From an uncultured Acidimicrobiia bacterium (GTDB lineage: Bacteria > Actinomycetota > Acidimicrobiia > Spongiisociales > ZC4RG35), in assembly GCA_963790345.1 (NCBI GenBank), contig CAWBOD010000012.1, positions 148,188 through 212,187 of the forward strand: 64,000 nucleotides of DNA. The letters are read 5' to 3'. The first letter of the stretch is position 1. Each line of letters begins with the position of its first letter. The notes below the pieces were generated by a model. That model saw only the letters and a program-made list of their open reading frames with translations, ran no database searches and was not told where the DNA came from. The position numbers and the translations under genes are program-made. Of the stretch, positions 1 to 10,136 are shown piece by piece.

Positions 1-352
1 AGATCCTGGTGAGGCCGTACCTCATCAACTCCGCGCCCTCAGTTGGCAAGATCGTCCCTCCCCCACCTCCAAACACGCGGATATGCCCGCAACCGCGTTC
101 GACGAGCAGGTCCCGGAGATAACGGAAGAACTCCATGTGCCCGCCCTGATAAGACGTCACCGCAATCGCCTGGACGTCCTCCTCGATCGCGGTCTCGACG
201 ATCTCCAAACCCGAACGGTTGTGACCAAGGTGAATCACCTCGGCACCGGACGCCTGCAGCATCCGTCGAAAGATGTTGATGGCGGCATCGTGACCATCGA
301 ACAAAGTGGTGGCCGTGACGAACCGCACCTTGTTGACGGGGCGATAGCTCAC
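1..352 (-). CDS. icmF: Fused isobutyryl-CoA mutase (IcmF-type), N-terminal B12-binding domain only; the gene runs off the left edge
   Basis: Reverse translation from GTG at 352 reads [101 protein letters not shown]. From memory this matches the IcmF N-terminus (FDGHDAxINI, [12 protein letters not shown]). It is absent from the ORF track because it has no stop in the window. The first half of ORF 83..790(+) is its antisense shadow. Confidence 0.7.
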   Translation of the reverse strand, partial: MSYRPVNKVRFVTATTLFDGHDAAINIFRRMLQASGAEVIHLGHNRSGLEIVETAIEEDVQAIAVTSYQGGHMEFFRYLRDLLVERGCGHIRVFGGGGGTILPTEGAELMRYGLTRI

Positions 353-457
353 CCTCGGAAACTACCAGGGTGTGGGGCTTCGAAGGCTGGCCCGTCAAGG
401 TCGAAACCAGTTTGGTGGCAACTCAGGTCGGGTATCAGCCTGACACAGGAGGTGCCT

Positions 458-790
458 ATGCCACAGCAGGCTTGGAGCAAGAAGAGGGAGCGGCAGTACG
501 ACCATATCAAGGACAGTCTGATCGAGCGGGGACGGAGCGAGGACAAGGCCGAAGAGATCGCCGCCCGAACGGTCAACAAGACCAGGGCTCAGGAAGGCGA
601 GGCCCGGCAATCCTCGAAACTGTCACGAGAGGACATCTCGAGCAGCCGCAGGGGGGGTCTGCGATCCCACGGCGGGCCCCGGGGACGCACCCGTGACCAG
701 CTCTACGAAGAGGCGAAGCGCATGAACATCAAAGGGCGCTCCTCCATGGACAAGGAGCAACTGCGAAAAGCCGTCGACAGAAAGAAATAG
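458..790 (+). CDS. Small basic conserved protein (110 aa) with a Rho-N/SAP-like C-terminal motif
   Basis: ATG at 458 lies 5 nt after AGGAGG (447-452). Sequence is MPQQAWSKKRERQYDHIKDSL...EEAKRMNIKGRSSMDKEQLRKAVDRKK, rich in Lys/Arg/Glu. It is the in-frame 3' part of ORF 83..790. Confidence 0.6.
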   Translation: MPQQAWSKKRERQYDHIKDSLIERGRSEDKAEEIAARTVNKTRAQEGEARQSSKLSREDISSSRRGGLRSHGGPRGRTRDQLYEEAKRMNIKGRSSMDKEQLRKAVDRKK

Positions 791-816
791 ACGCACAGGA
801 CTCCCGACGCACCGGC

Positions 817-2274
817 TCAGACCATCTCTCCAATGAGGTCTTCGAAAGGGACGACGGCAATGCCGATGCGGTGGTCGGCCACACCGAACGGAAGCACCAG
901 ATTCTTTCCGTGGACCAGGCCCCCGCAGGAATAGACCACATTCGGTACGTACCCGTCTCGTTCCGGCTCGCCGGGCTCGAGGAACGGACGCGCCAGCCGG
1001 CCCAACACCTGGCTCGGATCCTTGCGGTCCAACAGGACCGCGCCCAGGCAGTAGCGCCGCATCGGGCCGACTCCGTGGGTGATCACCAGCCAGCCTTCCT
1101 CGGTCTCGATCGGGCTGCCACAGTTACCTACCTGTACGACTTCCCACCCCGCCCGGGGCTCATAAATGAGCTCCGAGGACTCCCACTTCCTGATGTCATC
1201 CGTGTACGACAGATACAGCCGTTCACGATCGTGGCGTGACAACGCGGCATAGCTTCCATCGATCTTGACCGGAAATAGAGCGAGCCCCTTGTTGCGGGCA
1301 CTCTCGCCGGACATGGTGGTGATGTCGAAGGCGAGGAAGTCGTTGGTCTCGATGAGCTGAGGAAGGATCTGGAATCCGTCGTAGGCGGTGTAGGTGGCGT
1401 AGTAGGTAGTGGTGCCGTCCTCGTCGACGAATCTCACGAAACGGGCGTCCTCCATGCCGTGGCTGTCGGCAGGTCCGGCCGGGTAGATCAGCCGCTCCGA
1501 CAAAGGGCCATTGACGAACTCGAGTCGATAGTTGGACGAAGCCAGCCAATGGATGAGTCTGATCGTTTCGAAAGCCGAGGCCGGATAGCTGGTGGGGACG
1601 TCGAGGTTGGGCAACACAACCGCGAGGTCATCGAATGTGAATCTTTCCGGGAGTCTGCCAAGGATCTCATCGGCGATTTCGGGATCGGCCCCTAACTCTT
1701 CCAGCTTGGCCAAAAACGACACCTTCTGATAGACGACCGAGGTTCGGCGGCCGGTCGCCACCATGGGTCCGACGTCTTCGAGGGTCACCAGGCCGTCTTC
1801 GGTGACGGTTCCGGTCCTGAACTCGATCGAAGAGATGTGTCCCTCTCCAATCGCCCGGGCACTCATGATGAACCGGAGGGCTCCCTCACCAGACCAGGTG
1901 GGGTCGGGCACGATGGACGGATTGCACAGGGCCGCCGCCTCGAACGAGTACTCCTGGGTGAAATACGCCCCGATCAACCTGCGAGCGTCTCCCTGGACGG
2001 ATTTCAGGCGGGGGCTATGTGGGATCGCCTCGACGAAGTGAGCTTCCCAGCGCGCCTCGAGATCGCGATGACGGTGGGTGAAGAGAGCTCGCGCCTCTGC
2101 CAGACGGGCAACGACCTCGTTGGCGGAAAGTGCCAGGACCCGCTCGACGATCTGGTCGACCCGCGACCCTCCCAGGGCATCAAGGGTGCCGGAGAATCCG
2201 GGGATGAAGGGGCGGGCAACCACCCGACGGGGGTCGGGCCCTATCGAGATATCGGCCCGTTTCAAATCCAACAT
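817..2274 (-). CDS. GH130-family glycoside hydrolase/phosphorylase (beta-mannoside type; DUF377 glycosidase-related) with a long N-terminal extension
   Basis: Intact 485-aa ORF. The C-terminal beta-propeller-like region (EDARFVRFVDEDG, YYATYTAYDG, NKGLALFP, WLVITHGVG, YCLGAVLLD, YSCGGL) is typical of GH130 as I recall it. Confidence 0.75.
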   Translation of the reverse strand: MLDLKRADISIGPDPRRVVARPFIPGFSGTLDALGGSRVDQIVERVLALSANEVVARLAEARALFTHRHRDLEARWEAHFVEAIPHSPRLKSVQGDARRLIGAYFTQEYSFEAAALCNPSIVPDPTWSGEGALRFIMSARAIGEGHISSIEFRTGTVTEDGLVTLEDVGPMVATGRRTSVVYQKVSFLAKLEELGADPEIADEILGRLPERFTFDDLAVVLPNLDVPTSYPASAFETIRLIHWLASSNYRLEFVNGPLSERLIYPAGPADSHGMEDARFVRFVDEDGTTTYYATYTAYDGFQILPQLIETNDFLAFDITTMSGESARNKGLALFPVKIDGSYAALSRHDRERLYLSYTDDIRKWESSELIYEPRAGWEVVQVGNCGSPIETEEGWLVITHGVGPMRRYCLGAVLLDRKDPSQVLGRLARPFLEPGEPERDGYVPNVVYSCGGLVHGKNLVLPFGVADHRIGIAVVPFEDLIGEMV

Positions 2275-2422
2275 CGACTAGCTCCTGGTCTGGAAACTGG
2301 TTGATCGACCCTGGCTACCTCCCCATGGTGGCAAAACAGGGTCGTCGATTGTTTCTTTTCGGCGTTTGCGCCCCGAACCCAACCGGAACCTGAAGGGTCC
2401 CGGTTGGTCCAGCGGTCGGGCG

Positions 2423-3449
2423 TTAGACCCGTTGGGCGCCGGCGTAGGCTCCCGACATGGCGGCTACGGCAGCCAGCGTCGATTCCGCCCCTCGATTTCG
2501 GTTGGGGCCGCGTGCCGGTGAGCCCATCGAAGCCGGCACCTCTGTCGAGATCGATCATCAAGGCGCCGACATCGTTCCTACCCAGAAACCAGGACCTGGC
2601 CACGTCCGCCACCTCCCACCAGTGAGGCCCGTCGATCGAGGCCGCCACCGACGCGGCGTCGACCATTGCCCAGGCTTCCAAAGGTTGCTGATCGAACCCC
2701 GCCTGCAGGTTGGCGATCGTCCTCCCGCCGACCGGCGTCCAGCTGAAATGACTGCCAGTTTTCGAGGATTCGATCTCGACGAGCCATTCGAGAAGTTGCA
2801 GGCCACGATTGACGGTCTCCTGGTCCTCGAGGAGGATGCCGGCCGCCATCAACGCTTCCGGGTAGCGGGCGTTGTCATAGGTCAACCTCGGCTCCGGCCA
2901 TCGCCACCGCTCCCCGGATGGCCCTCGCAGTTGGCCCACCCACTTTCGAATCTGGGCACGAAGCTCCGTCGATTCATCGAAGCTTGCCATCTCGGCTGCT
3001 CCGAGCAAGGCGTAGATCACGGCCCGCGAATGTGGACTCTCCAACCGATAGTTGGACCAGAACAGCCGGTTGGCGGACTCTCTGAGCTGGGGATCGAACG
3101 AGCGGGCGGCCAAGGCGCCCAATCCCCAGAGAGCCCTTCCATAGCTGTCGTCAGAACCCCGATGGTCGAGCCACCGGCGCTGATAGGAGAGGCGGTTATG
3201 GAATCCGTGCTCTCCCGGCAGCGAAGCTTGGTGAAGATAGGCAAGACCCACGCGGCAGAGTTGAAGGCCGGCCTCCTCTCCGCCCAAGCCTCTCAGGTCG
3301 GTCCGCGCCAGGACCGCCAACATCCTGCCGTTGTCGTCGGCGGTGTAACCACATTCGCGACGTGGCGTCGCCAGACGGGCATGTTCCATCAAACCGACTT
3401 CGTCAGAAAGGGTCTGCAGATGGTCGAGTTTGAGGAAAGGTGTGTTCAT
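2423..3449 (-). pseudogene. Conserved hypothetical protein of the GT4/GH130 trio; possibly an alpha/alpha-barrel glycoside-hydrolase-like fold; reading frame disrupted near the 3' end
   Basis: ORF 2262..3449 reads normally to ...GAGFDGLTGTR and then becomes an Arg/Pro-rich tail. The +1 frame continues GPNRNRGAESTLAAVAAMSGAYAGAQRV and stops at TAA 2423-2425, which looks like the genuine C-terminus. The shift lies around 2487-2510, which contains CCCC and GGGG runs. The fold assignment is a guess. Confidence 0.55.
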
Positions 3450-4561
3450 GCCGCCCCGACCGCGGCCCCGGCGTTCATCATGAGCGACTCATAGCCCCGG
3501 GCCACGGTCAGCCAGGACAATGAAGGTCGGATCCGGGCCATCCCGGCGTTGGCGCTGGCAACCGCCTCGGGATCGGTCAGAAGCCGCTCGATGGCACCGG
3601 CCATGCCGACCGGGTCATTGTGGTCGACGAGCCGACCCGCTCCGGAAGCGAGGAGTTCTACAGCGTGGGGAAATCTGGTGGCAACCACCGGCACACCTGC
3701 GCCAACGGCCTCGACCAATGCCCCGGAGGTCACTTGCTCGCGGCTCTCGTAAGGCAGCAGACAAACGTCGGCACGACGACGGAGATAGGCGAGATCGGAA
3801 GTCGTCAGATAGCGATTGACGAATCGAACCATGTCGTCGACCCCGAGGTCAGCGCAGAGGTCGACAAGCTTGCGTCGATAACGCTCCCCCTGAATGCGGA
3901 GCACGTTGGGATGGGTCTGGCCGGCGATGACATATAGCGGCTTCGCCTCGAGATGGCGTAGATGCGTCATCGCCTCGATCCCTTGTTCGAGGCCTTTGCC
4001 CGGTCCCAGCAGGCCCCACGTCAGGACGATCGGGCGGCCCGCCGGCAGGCGACCGGGCCGCTCGCTCAGCCACGACCCGTGGGGGATGGTGCTCACCGGA
4101 ACCCCTTGCAACCGGTAGTTGAGCTCGAGTCGGGTGCGGGCTGCGTCGCTCATGACAACAAGGTTCTGAGCCTGAAGAGCCATTCCCTCAATGATGGAGC
4201 GCTGACGCGGGGAGGGATGTGAAAGCACGGTGTGCAGAACTATGACCGCGGGCCTCGCCAGGCGATCGAGTATGTCGAGGACTGCGACTCCGTCGTCCGC
4301 CCCGTAGATCCCGAACTCATGTTGGAGGATTACGAAGTCGGATGGGCACGGTGGGACCGGGCCTTCTCCCGGATCTATTGCCGACACGACCTCGGGAGCA
4401 GGCGTAATCCCCTTTGGTGGCGAAATAGCTATGACCGAAAGGCCATTGGTGGTGCCGCGGTTGAGCGCCATGGCTTGGATCAGGGATTTGTTGAATGTCG
4501 CGAGCCCACAGCGGGTCGGGGGGTGCGTGCTTACCAGCGAGACAGACGGGTTTCCCCGCAC
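3446..4561 (-). CDS. GT4-family glycosyltransferase
   Basis: GTG at 4561 lies 6 nt after AAGGAGG (4568-4574 on the minus strand). The N-terminus VSTHPPTRCGLATF and the C-terminal E-x7-E region (LLPYESREQVTSGALVEAVGAGVPVVAT) are GT4 hallmarks. Its stop overlaps the start of the next gene (3446-3449). Confidence 0.8.
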   Translation of the reverse strand: MRGNPSVSLVSTHPPTRCGLATFNKSLIQAMALNRGTTNGLSVIAISPPKGITPAPEVVSAIDPGEGPVPPCPSDFVILQHEFGIYGADDGVAVLDILDRLARPAVIVLHTVLSHPSPRQRSIIEGMALQAQNLVVMSDAARTRLELNYRLQGVPVSTIPHGSWLSERPGRLPAGRPIVLTWGLLGPGKGLEQGIEAMTHLRHLEAKPLYVIAGQTHPNVLRIQGERYRRKLVDLCADLGVDDMVRFVNRYLTTSDLAYLRRRADVCLLPYESREQVTSGALVEAVGAGVPVVATRFPHAVELLASGAGRLVDHNDPVGMAGAIERLLTDPEAVASANAGMARIRPSLSWLTVARGYESLMMNAGAAVGAA

Positions 4562-4725
4562 AGGCAACCTCCTTAGGAAACGAACAGATGAGTCGACGAG
4601 GTACCCGGGGACCCACCGTAGCAAACCGCCGAACAAGCCTGTCAATCGCGATCCGCGCAGGAGAACGGACAACATTTTTCCCGCAGGAGTTTGACCACGG
4701 AGCGTTGTCGGTTATACCTAGGGCC

Positions 4726-5025
4726 ATGGCAACAGCCACAAAACTGCGGGTTTGGATAGATCAGGATCTGTGCACTGGCGACGGGATCTGTGAGGAGATC
4801 ACCCCGGATGTTTTCACTGAGCGTGGCGACGGGCTCTGGGTCGTCAAAGAGGAAGCGAAGCACTTCGGCGAAACCATCCTGTTTGACGGCAAGGATGGCC
4901 CCGGTCACGGTCCTGAGGGGGCTCGCGGCCTGGCCCGAATCCCAGATCATTTGATCGAGGATGCGCTGGAATCGGCCGAGGAGTGCCCCGGCGAGTGCAT
5001 CATGATCGAGCCGATCCCCGACTGA
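4726..5025 (+). CDS. Small ferredoxin (single Fe-S cluster type)
   Basis: MATATKLRVWIDQDLCTGDGICEEITPDVF...ECPGECIMIEP. The CxxxGxC...CP pattern fits actinobacterial 3Fe-4S/4Fe-4S ferredoxins. It is the in-frame 3' part of ORF 4495..5025. Confidence 0.7.
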   Translation: MATATKLRVWIDQDLCTGDGICEEITPDVFTERGDGLWVVKEEAKHFGETILFDGKDGPGHGPEGARGLARIPDHLIEDALESAEECPGECIMIEPIPD

Positions 5026-5091
5026 ACCAGGTTCCGACAGCGTTCGTATTGTTGCGGGCAGAGAGCTGAGTCGGGAGGAGGGAGAGAACAA

Positions 5092-6289
5092 ATGCGATCG
5101 CATCGCATCACGATGCTGGGGACCGGGCTGATAGGTGACTTTTATACCACGACCCTCCATCGTCAGCGGGGTCAGGACCGCGTGGAGGTGGTCTACTCAA
5201 GGAGCGACGAGCGGGGAGCCGCCTTCCAGAGCAGATGGGGCATTCCCCACTCGACCACCTCGATGGAAGAAGCCGTCAACCACCCTGACACCGATGTTGT
5301 GGTCGTGGGTTTGCCCAACCATCTGCACGAGGAGGCGATCGGCCTTGCGGCCGCGGCAGGGAAAGCGGTCCTCTGTACGAAGCCACTCGCGCGGACGGCC
5401 GAAGAGGCGAAACGCATCCTTGACATTGTCGAGCAGGCGGGAGTTTTCGGCGGATACCTCGAGGACCTGTGTTACACCCCCAAGACTCTCAAGGCCATCG
5501 CCGCCGTCAACGGAGGGGCTGTCGGCGACGTCACGTGGGTGCGATCCCGGGAAGCCCATCCTGGGCCCGCATTCGGCATGGTTCTGGGACGGCCGCCTGA
5601 CTGGCGGGGGCGCCATCATCGATCTCGGATGCCACTGCATCGAGATCATCCGCAACCTCGTCGGCAAAGGCAATCGACCCGTGGAAGTCATGTGCTGGAC
5701 CGATACCTTCGTACACCCCATCGACGACGAAGACAACGCCATCGCCCTCATCCGGTTCGAGTCAGGTGCAATCGGGCAGTTCGAGGTGAGCTGGACCTTC
5801 CGGGGAGGGATGGACCTGCGTGACGAGGTGGCGGGGACCGACGGGACGATTTGGATGAACCATTTCCTACGGACCGGCTACGAAATGTTCACCGCGGGAG
5901 GTGGTGGTGGGTACGTGGCCGAAAAGGCCGAAACCGAGGCCGGCTGGCTCTTCCCGGTCGGTGATGAGGTTTCCGAACTCGGCTACTCCGACATGTTCAG
6001 CGACATGTTCAATGCCATCGACGAAGGGCGCCAACCCCAGGAGACGATCTACGACGGCTATGTCGTGAACGCGATCATGGATGCCTGCTATCGCTCGGCG
6101 GGCAGCAAGCAATGGGAGGCCGTGGAGCTGGACTGGCGGCACGGGTCAACGCCGCGGCTCAGCAAGGACGCGGTTGCCTTCGACGGACACACCGTCATCA
6201 AGTCGGAGACGCTCCCGGACGGCCGTCGCAAGATGATTCTCAAAGACAAGGACACGGGCGACTTCGTCGATCGCATCGTGGGTGACTGA
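5092..6289 (+). pseudogene. Gfo/Idh/MocA-family NAD(P) sugar dehydrogenase, frame disrupted at about 5569
   Basis: ORF 5092..5823 carries the Rossmann part ([13 protein letters not shown] ... [10 protein letters not shown] ... SREAHPGP). The sequence continues in ORF 5135..6289 as [26 protein letters not shown].... One extra nucleotide (g 5569) separates ccc 5566-5568 from cat 5570-5572. Confidence 0.8.
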
Positions 6290-6292
6290 GGG

Positions 6293-6979
6293 GTGCGCGT
6301 CGAAGTGCTGTCCGCCGAGACCTGGGCGGACAGGGTGGCCGGCGAGCTCAGCGAACGACTCGCCCACCCTCGCCTTCGCCTGTGTTTGGCCACTGGAGCT
6401 ACCCCGATCCCGGTATATGCCCGTCTTCCCGCCGACGCTCTGAGAACGTCGACTGTCTTCCTGCTCGACGAGTTCGGGGGCCTCCCGGCCGGTCATCGAG
6501 GCAGATGCGAAACGATGCTTCGCACGTCTCTGCTCGATCGAGTCCCGGCCGGCGAGTTCCAATTTCCCGATGTGGATGCTCCCGATCTCGAGATGGAATG
6601 CTGGCGCTATCGGGGTCTGATCAACGATGGAGGACTCGACCTGGCCGTCCTGGGACTCGGCAAAAATGGACACCTGGGCCTCAACGAGCCGGGATCAGCG
6701 GCGGATCAGGCAACGCGGATCGTGCAGCTGACCGAAGAAACGCGGGAGGGTGCCCGCAACTATGGAGCGGATCCCCCACCTACCTGGGGCCTCGCCGTCG
6801 GACTGGCCGAGATCCTCGCGGCCCGGGAGATCTGGCTCCTTGTCACCGGCTCAAACAAAGCAGAGGTCCTGACGAGAGTCGTCAACGACACGGTCACCGA
6901 CCGTGTCCCGGCGTCTTTGCTCAGGAACCATTCGGACGCGATTATTTGGTCGGATCAGGCGGCTGCCGCTCTGCTGTAG
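6293..6979 (+). CDS. Glucosamine-6-phosphate deaminase / 6-phosphogluconolactonase family protein (NagB-like)
   Basis: GTG start 3 nt after the previous stop. LGLGKNGHLGLNEPGS is the family signature. The 3' end overlaps the convergent gene by 38 nt. Confidence 0.7.
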   Translation: MRVEVLSAETWADRVAGELSERLAHPRLRLCLATGATPIPVYARLPADALRTSTVFLLDEFGGLPAGHRGRCETMLRTSLLDRVPAGEFQFPDVDAPDLEMECWRYRGLINDGGLDLAVLGLGKNGHLGLNEPGSAADQATRIVQLTEETREGARNYGADPPPTWGLAVGLAEILAAREIWLLVTGSNKAEVLTRVVNDTVTDRVPASLLRNHSDAIIWSDQAAAALL

Positions 6980-7895
6980 CCAGCACCAACCAGCGGGCCG
7001 GGTTGGCAACGAACAATCTCCGGATGTCCTCCTGACCAACCCCGTGTGCCTTGAGCACCTCCGCAAACTCCGTGGCCAGGTAGGCGAGGCCCGGTGACCC
7101 ACCGAGTGTTCGCCAGAGGCTGCGGCGAGCACCGTCGGTGCCGAGCATGAGTTGTGCCAAAAAGCCTTCTTCGATCATGGAGGCCAGCAATCGGGGCGTG
7201 GTTGGTGTGCCGCTGGCCTGACGCAGAGCTTGGTCATACTCGAGGTTGACGCCGGTCTGCAGCATGTCGCGGTGATAGGCAGGATCTGGCACCTTGTCAG
7301 TGTGGGAAATCACCACCCGGGTCAACGGGACGCCAAGAGCCGCCAGAAGCTCGATCTGAGCCATCGCTCCGAGACCATCCTCGCAGTGGGTGATGATCGG
7401 CACGCCGGTTTCGAGATGGGTCTCAGCGATTGCCGTGAACAGCTGCAGGGCCCTCGGGTTGATCCCGTCCGGGCCCGTGGCGGCCTTGAACACACCACAG
7501 CCTCCGGCAATGTCGGCTGCGAATCGGGACGACTCGATGGGAGTGTCATCCGGGTAGTACTTCTCGGTGTGGAGTCCGGTGGAGGCGACCACATGTAGCC
7601 CGCTCCGGCGCGAGACTTCGCGGAGCTTGCTGAGATAGTTGCCGCCATAGGGCATCGCGTCGACCATCGTGGCTACCCCTACCGCCCGACACGTTCCGGC
7701 TTCGGCTACGGCCTCATCCACTGACGGCAGATAGATGTGCGGAAACCCTTCCTTCACGATGGGAGAGTCGATGATCAAGTGCTCATGGACATAAGTGACC
7801 CCAAGTTGGCCGGGGTCGATGTCACCCAGGACCGTCCGTACTGATCCGCCGGTGAAGGCGCTGCCCGAGATTGGGCCATTCACGTCTGCGGTCAT
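6942..7895 (-). CDS. Phosphotriesterase-related (PTER/Php) amidohydrolase-fold protein, probable sugar-lactone hydrolase
   Basis: ATG at 7895 overlaps the upstream stop (ATGA, 7892-7895). The N-terminal GVTYVHEHL metal motif is present, and the HTEKYY, ITHCEDG and ISHTDK segments fit the PTER family. The ORF-track start at 8216 is an overextension. Confidence 0.75.
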   Translation of the reverse strand: MTADVNGPISGSAFTGGSVRTVLGDIDPGQLGVTYVHEHLIIDSPIVKEGFPHIYLPSVDEAVAEAGTCRAVGVATMVDAMPYGGNYLSKLREVSRRSGLHVVASTGLHTEKYYPDDTPIESSRFAADIAGGCGVFKAATGPDGINPRALQLFTAIAETHLETGVPIITHCEDGLGAMAQIELLAALGVPLTRVVISHTDKVPDPAYHRDMLQTGVNLEYDQALRQASGTPTTPRLLASMIEEGFLAQLMLGTDGARRSLWRTLGGSPGLAYLATEFAEVLKAHGVGQEDIRRLFVANPARWLVLATAERQPPDPTK

Positions 7896-9205
7896 TGGAT
7901 CGTGAGAATGGCGCCATCGGTCTGGAGTTGCAATCTCACCGCGGCCGGGTCGATCTTCCTCACCTCCCCTGCTGCGATCGCCATCGCCGCCACCGTCCCG
8001 GCGGCTTGACCCATCGCCATGCATTGCGCCATCGACCTGATCGAAGCGTGGGCATCGTGGGTCGCCGAGAAGCATCGGCCCGCCACCAGCGTGTTGACGG
8101 AGTCCTTGACGATGAGGCTGGCAAGCGGAATTCCGACCGCGGTGGCGTCGGGCAGGTACTCCCAGGTTGTGCCGGACCCGGCACCGCCATGGTGATCCTC
8201 GATCGGCGCCCCGCACAGGCCGACCTGGTCATCGAACTGGCGGGCGGTGAGAACATCCTCCCTGGTGACCCGATAATCGCCGTAGACCCTCCGGGTCTCG
8301 CGCACACCGACTTGAGTGCCGAGCGCGACCAGCGAGGCGTTTTCGTAACCCGGAACCCGTGCGACGAGAAAGCGGGAATACTCGAGGGCCTGACGCCTGC
8401 CGGCTATCTCGGCGGCCGTCAAGACGTCCGGGTCGGTCGCGTTGATCACATGGCCATCCCGGGTCCCGACGTGCTCGACCCTCGTCATGATCGTGGCGAT
8501 CATGTCGCCGATGGGAGTGATGTGATCGCTGCCGTCGACTCTCGGGAGGTCGAAGTCGCCCGACTCCTTCCCGATCTCCATCAGCCGGTGCAGTTCGTCC
8601 TTGCCGATCGACTGACGCCGGGCGATGTCGACGTTGGTCATGCGGAATGTGGTCGTCAGGGTCTGGGCGGGGCTCGACTCCCCGGCCAGCTCGTATCCGA
8701 AACCGGCGTGATGGCACACGTCGGCATCGCCGGAGGCATCGATCACAATCGTCGCCTCGACTCGTTGGAGCCCGGCCTTGGTGGCCATCAGCAACTCGGT
8801 GATCCGTCCGTCCGCGACGGTGGCGTCCTGAACGAACGAGTGCAAGAGGACCTTCGCACCGGCGCCGATCACCAGGTCTTCCCACACCAGCTTGAGATGC
8901 TCGGCAAGATAGGTGACTCCGGTCCCGGCTCCGTAGGTATTGGGACGCTCGACCACCGTCCCGATGGCGCGCAGCCCGTCCACTACGTCGTCAGCAATCC
9001 CGCCAACTACTTTCGTCGAATGGGACCCAGGCGTGTAGAACCCGTAAAAGGTGTCGAGAACGGCAGTCGAGACCCCTCCGAGAAACGGAAGTTTCTCGAC
9101 CAGCAGGACCTTGGCTCCCCCTCGGGCGGCCGCAATGGCGGCAGTCGACCCGGCCGAGCCGGACCCCACGACAACAACGTCGAAGCGACCATAGAGGGCC
9201 GTCAC
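7892..9205 (-). CDS. FAD-dependent oxidoreductase (FAD_oxidored / PF12831-like)
   Basis: The N-terminus is FDVVVVGSGSAGSTAAIAAARGGAKVLLVEK (GxGxxG dinucleotide fold). Intact 437-aa ORF. Confidence 0.7.
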   Translation of the reverse strand: MTALYGRFDVVVVGSGSAGSTAAIAAARGGAKVLLVEKLPFLGGVSTAVLDTFYGFYTPGSHSTKVVGGIADDVVDGLRAIGTVVERPNTYGAGTGVTYLAEHLKLVWEDLVIGAGAKVLLHSFVQDATVADGRITELLMATKAGLQRVEATIVIDASGDADVCHHAGFGYELAGESSPAQTLTTTFRMTNVDIARRQSIGKDELHRLMEIGKESGDFDLPRVDGSDHITPIGDMIATIMTRVEHVGTRDGHVINATDPDVLTAAEIAGRRQALEYSRFLVARVPGYENASLVALGTQVGVRETRRVYGDYRVTREDVLTARQFDDQVGLCGAPIEDHHGGAGSGTTWEYLPDATAVGIPLASLIVKDSVNTLVAGRCFSATHDAHASIRSMAQCMAMGQAAGTVAAMAIAAGEVRKIDPAAVRLQLQTDGAILTIQ

Positions 9206-9209
9206 GGAC

Positions 9210-10124
9210 CTACTTCACGTACGGCTTGAGAACATCCCGGGCCAGGAGGAATCCGCGCTTGATGAGGTCGTCGGTCGCCTCCCACTGCCGGTCCTCATGT
9301 TCGATGCAGATGACATAGTCGTACCCGGACCGGTAAAGGGCCGAGAAAAGGCGCGGCCAGTCGATATCACCGAGTCCGGGAAGCCGCGGCACCTGCCACC
9401 CGATCCCGAGCGAGAGGATCCCGTTTTCATAAAGACCCTTGCGATCGACCATCAAGTCCTTGGCGTGGAAGTGATAGAAGCGATGCCCGAATTCCGCGAC
9501 CGCCTGCTCGAGGTCGATCATCTGCCAGACGAGGTGGGACGGGTCGAAGTTGAGCCCGACGGTTTCGCCAAACTCCTCGAACATCGCGCGCCAGATGGAG
9601 GGCGTGTGAGCAACATTGTGACCTGAGGGCCATTCGTCGTAGGAGAAGATCATCGGGCAGTTCTCGATGGCGATGCGGACCCCGGAGTCGCGGGCATGTT
9701 CGACGATTTCCGGCCATACCTTCTTGGCGTGTTCCCAATTCTCTTTCTGGGTCTTCGATCCGTCGGCCCCGATAAAGGTGTTGACGACCGGCACCCCCAT
9801 CTTGGATGCGCCGCTTATCACCTTCATGAGATGTTCTTTCACTGCCGTTCGATGCTCGGCATCAGGATGGAGCGGGTTGGGGTAGTAGCCCAGGCCGGAG
9901 ACGCCCAAGCCTTTGCCGGCCAGTTCGTCGACGATCTCCTTGGCCCGCGCATCGGAGAGGTCTTCGACGTCGACGTGACACACGCCGCCATATCGACGGC
10001 TGGCGCCGGATTCCTGCGGCCACGCGCAAACCTCGAGCATCTCGAAGTCATGGGCCGCCGCCCAATCTGCAACGTCCATCAACGGTGTTTGCGGGAACGG
10101 AGCTGTCAGCAGTCCCAGTTTCAT
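9210..10124 (-). CDS. Sugar phosphate isomerase/epimerase (xylose-isomerase-like TIM barrel)
   Basis: Intact 304-aa ORF. RIAIENCP, NFDPSHLVWQ and ICIEHED match metal-binding TIM-barrel motifs of this family. Confidence 0.75.
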   Translation of the reverse strand: MKLGLLTAPFPQTPLMDVADWAAAHDFEMLEVCAWPQESGASRRYGGVCHVDVEDLSDARAKEIVDELAGKGLGVSGLGYYPNPLHPDAEHRTAVKEHLMKVISGASKMGVPVVNTFIGADGSKTQKENWEHAKKVWPEIVEHARDSGVRIAIENCPMIFSYDEWPSGHNVAHTPSIWRAMFEEFGETVGLNFDPSHLVWQMIDLEQAVAEFGHRFYHFHAKDLMVDRKGLYENGILSLGIGWQVPRLPGLGDIDWPRLFSALYRSGYDYVICIEHEDRQWEATDDLIKRGFLLARDVLKPYVK

Positions 10125-10136
10125 TCTGTGGCCTCC

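Noticed and set aside
7871-9229. Long ORFs on the strand opposite well-supported genes. Examples are 7871..9229(+), 9696..10790(+), 16004..16990(+), 16686..18005(+), 31721..32749(-), 32688..33830(-), 49709..50884(-), 52937..54301(-), 60399..61745(-) and 62480..63931(-).
   Set aside because: Their products are Arg/Pro/Gly/His-rich and low in complexity with no family motifs. Each is antisense to a gene with clear conserved motifs. High GC content suppresses stop codons in shadow frames.
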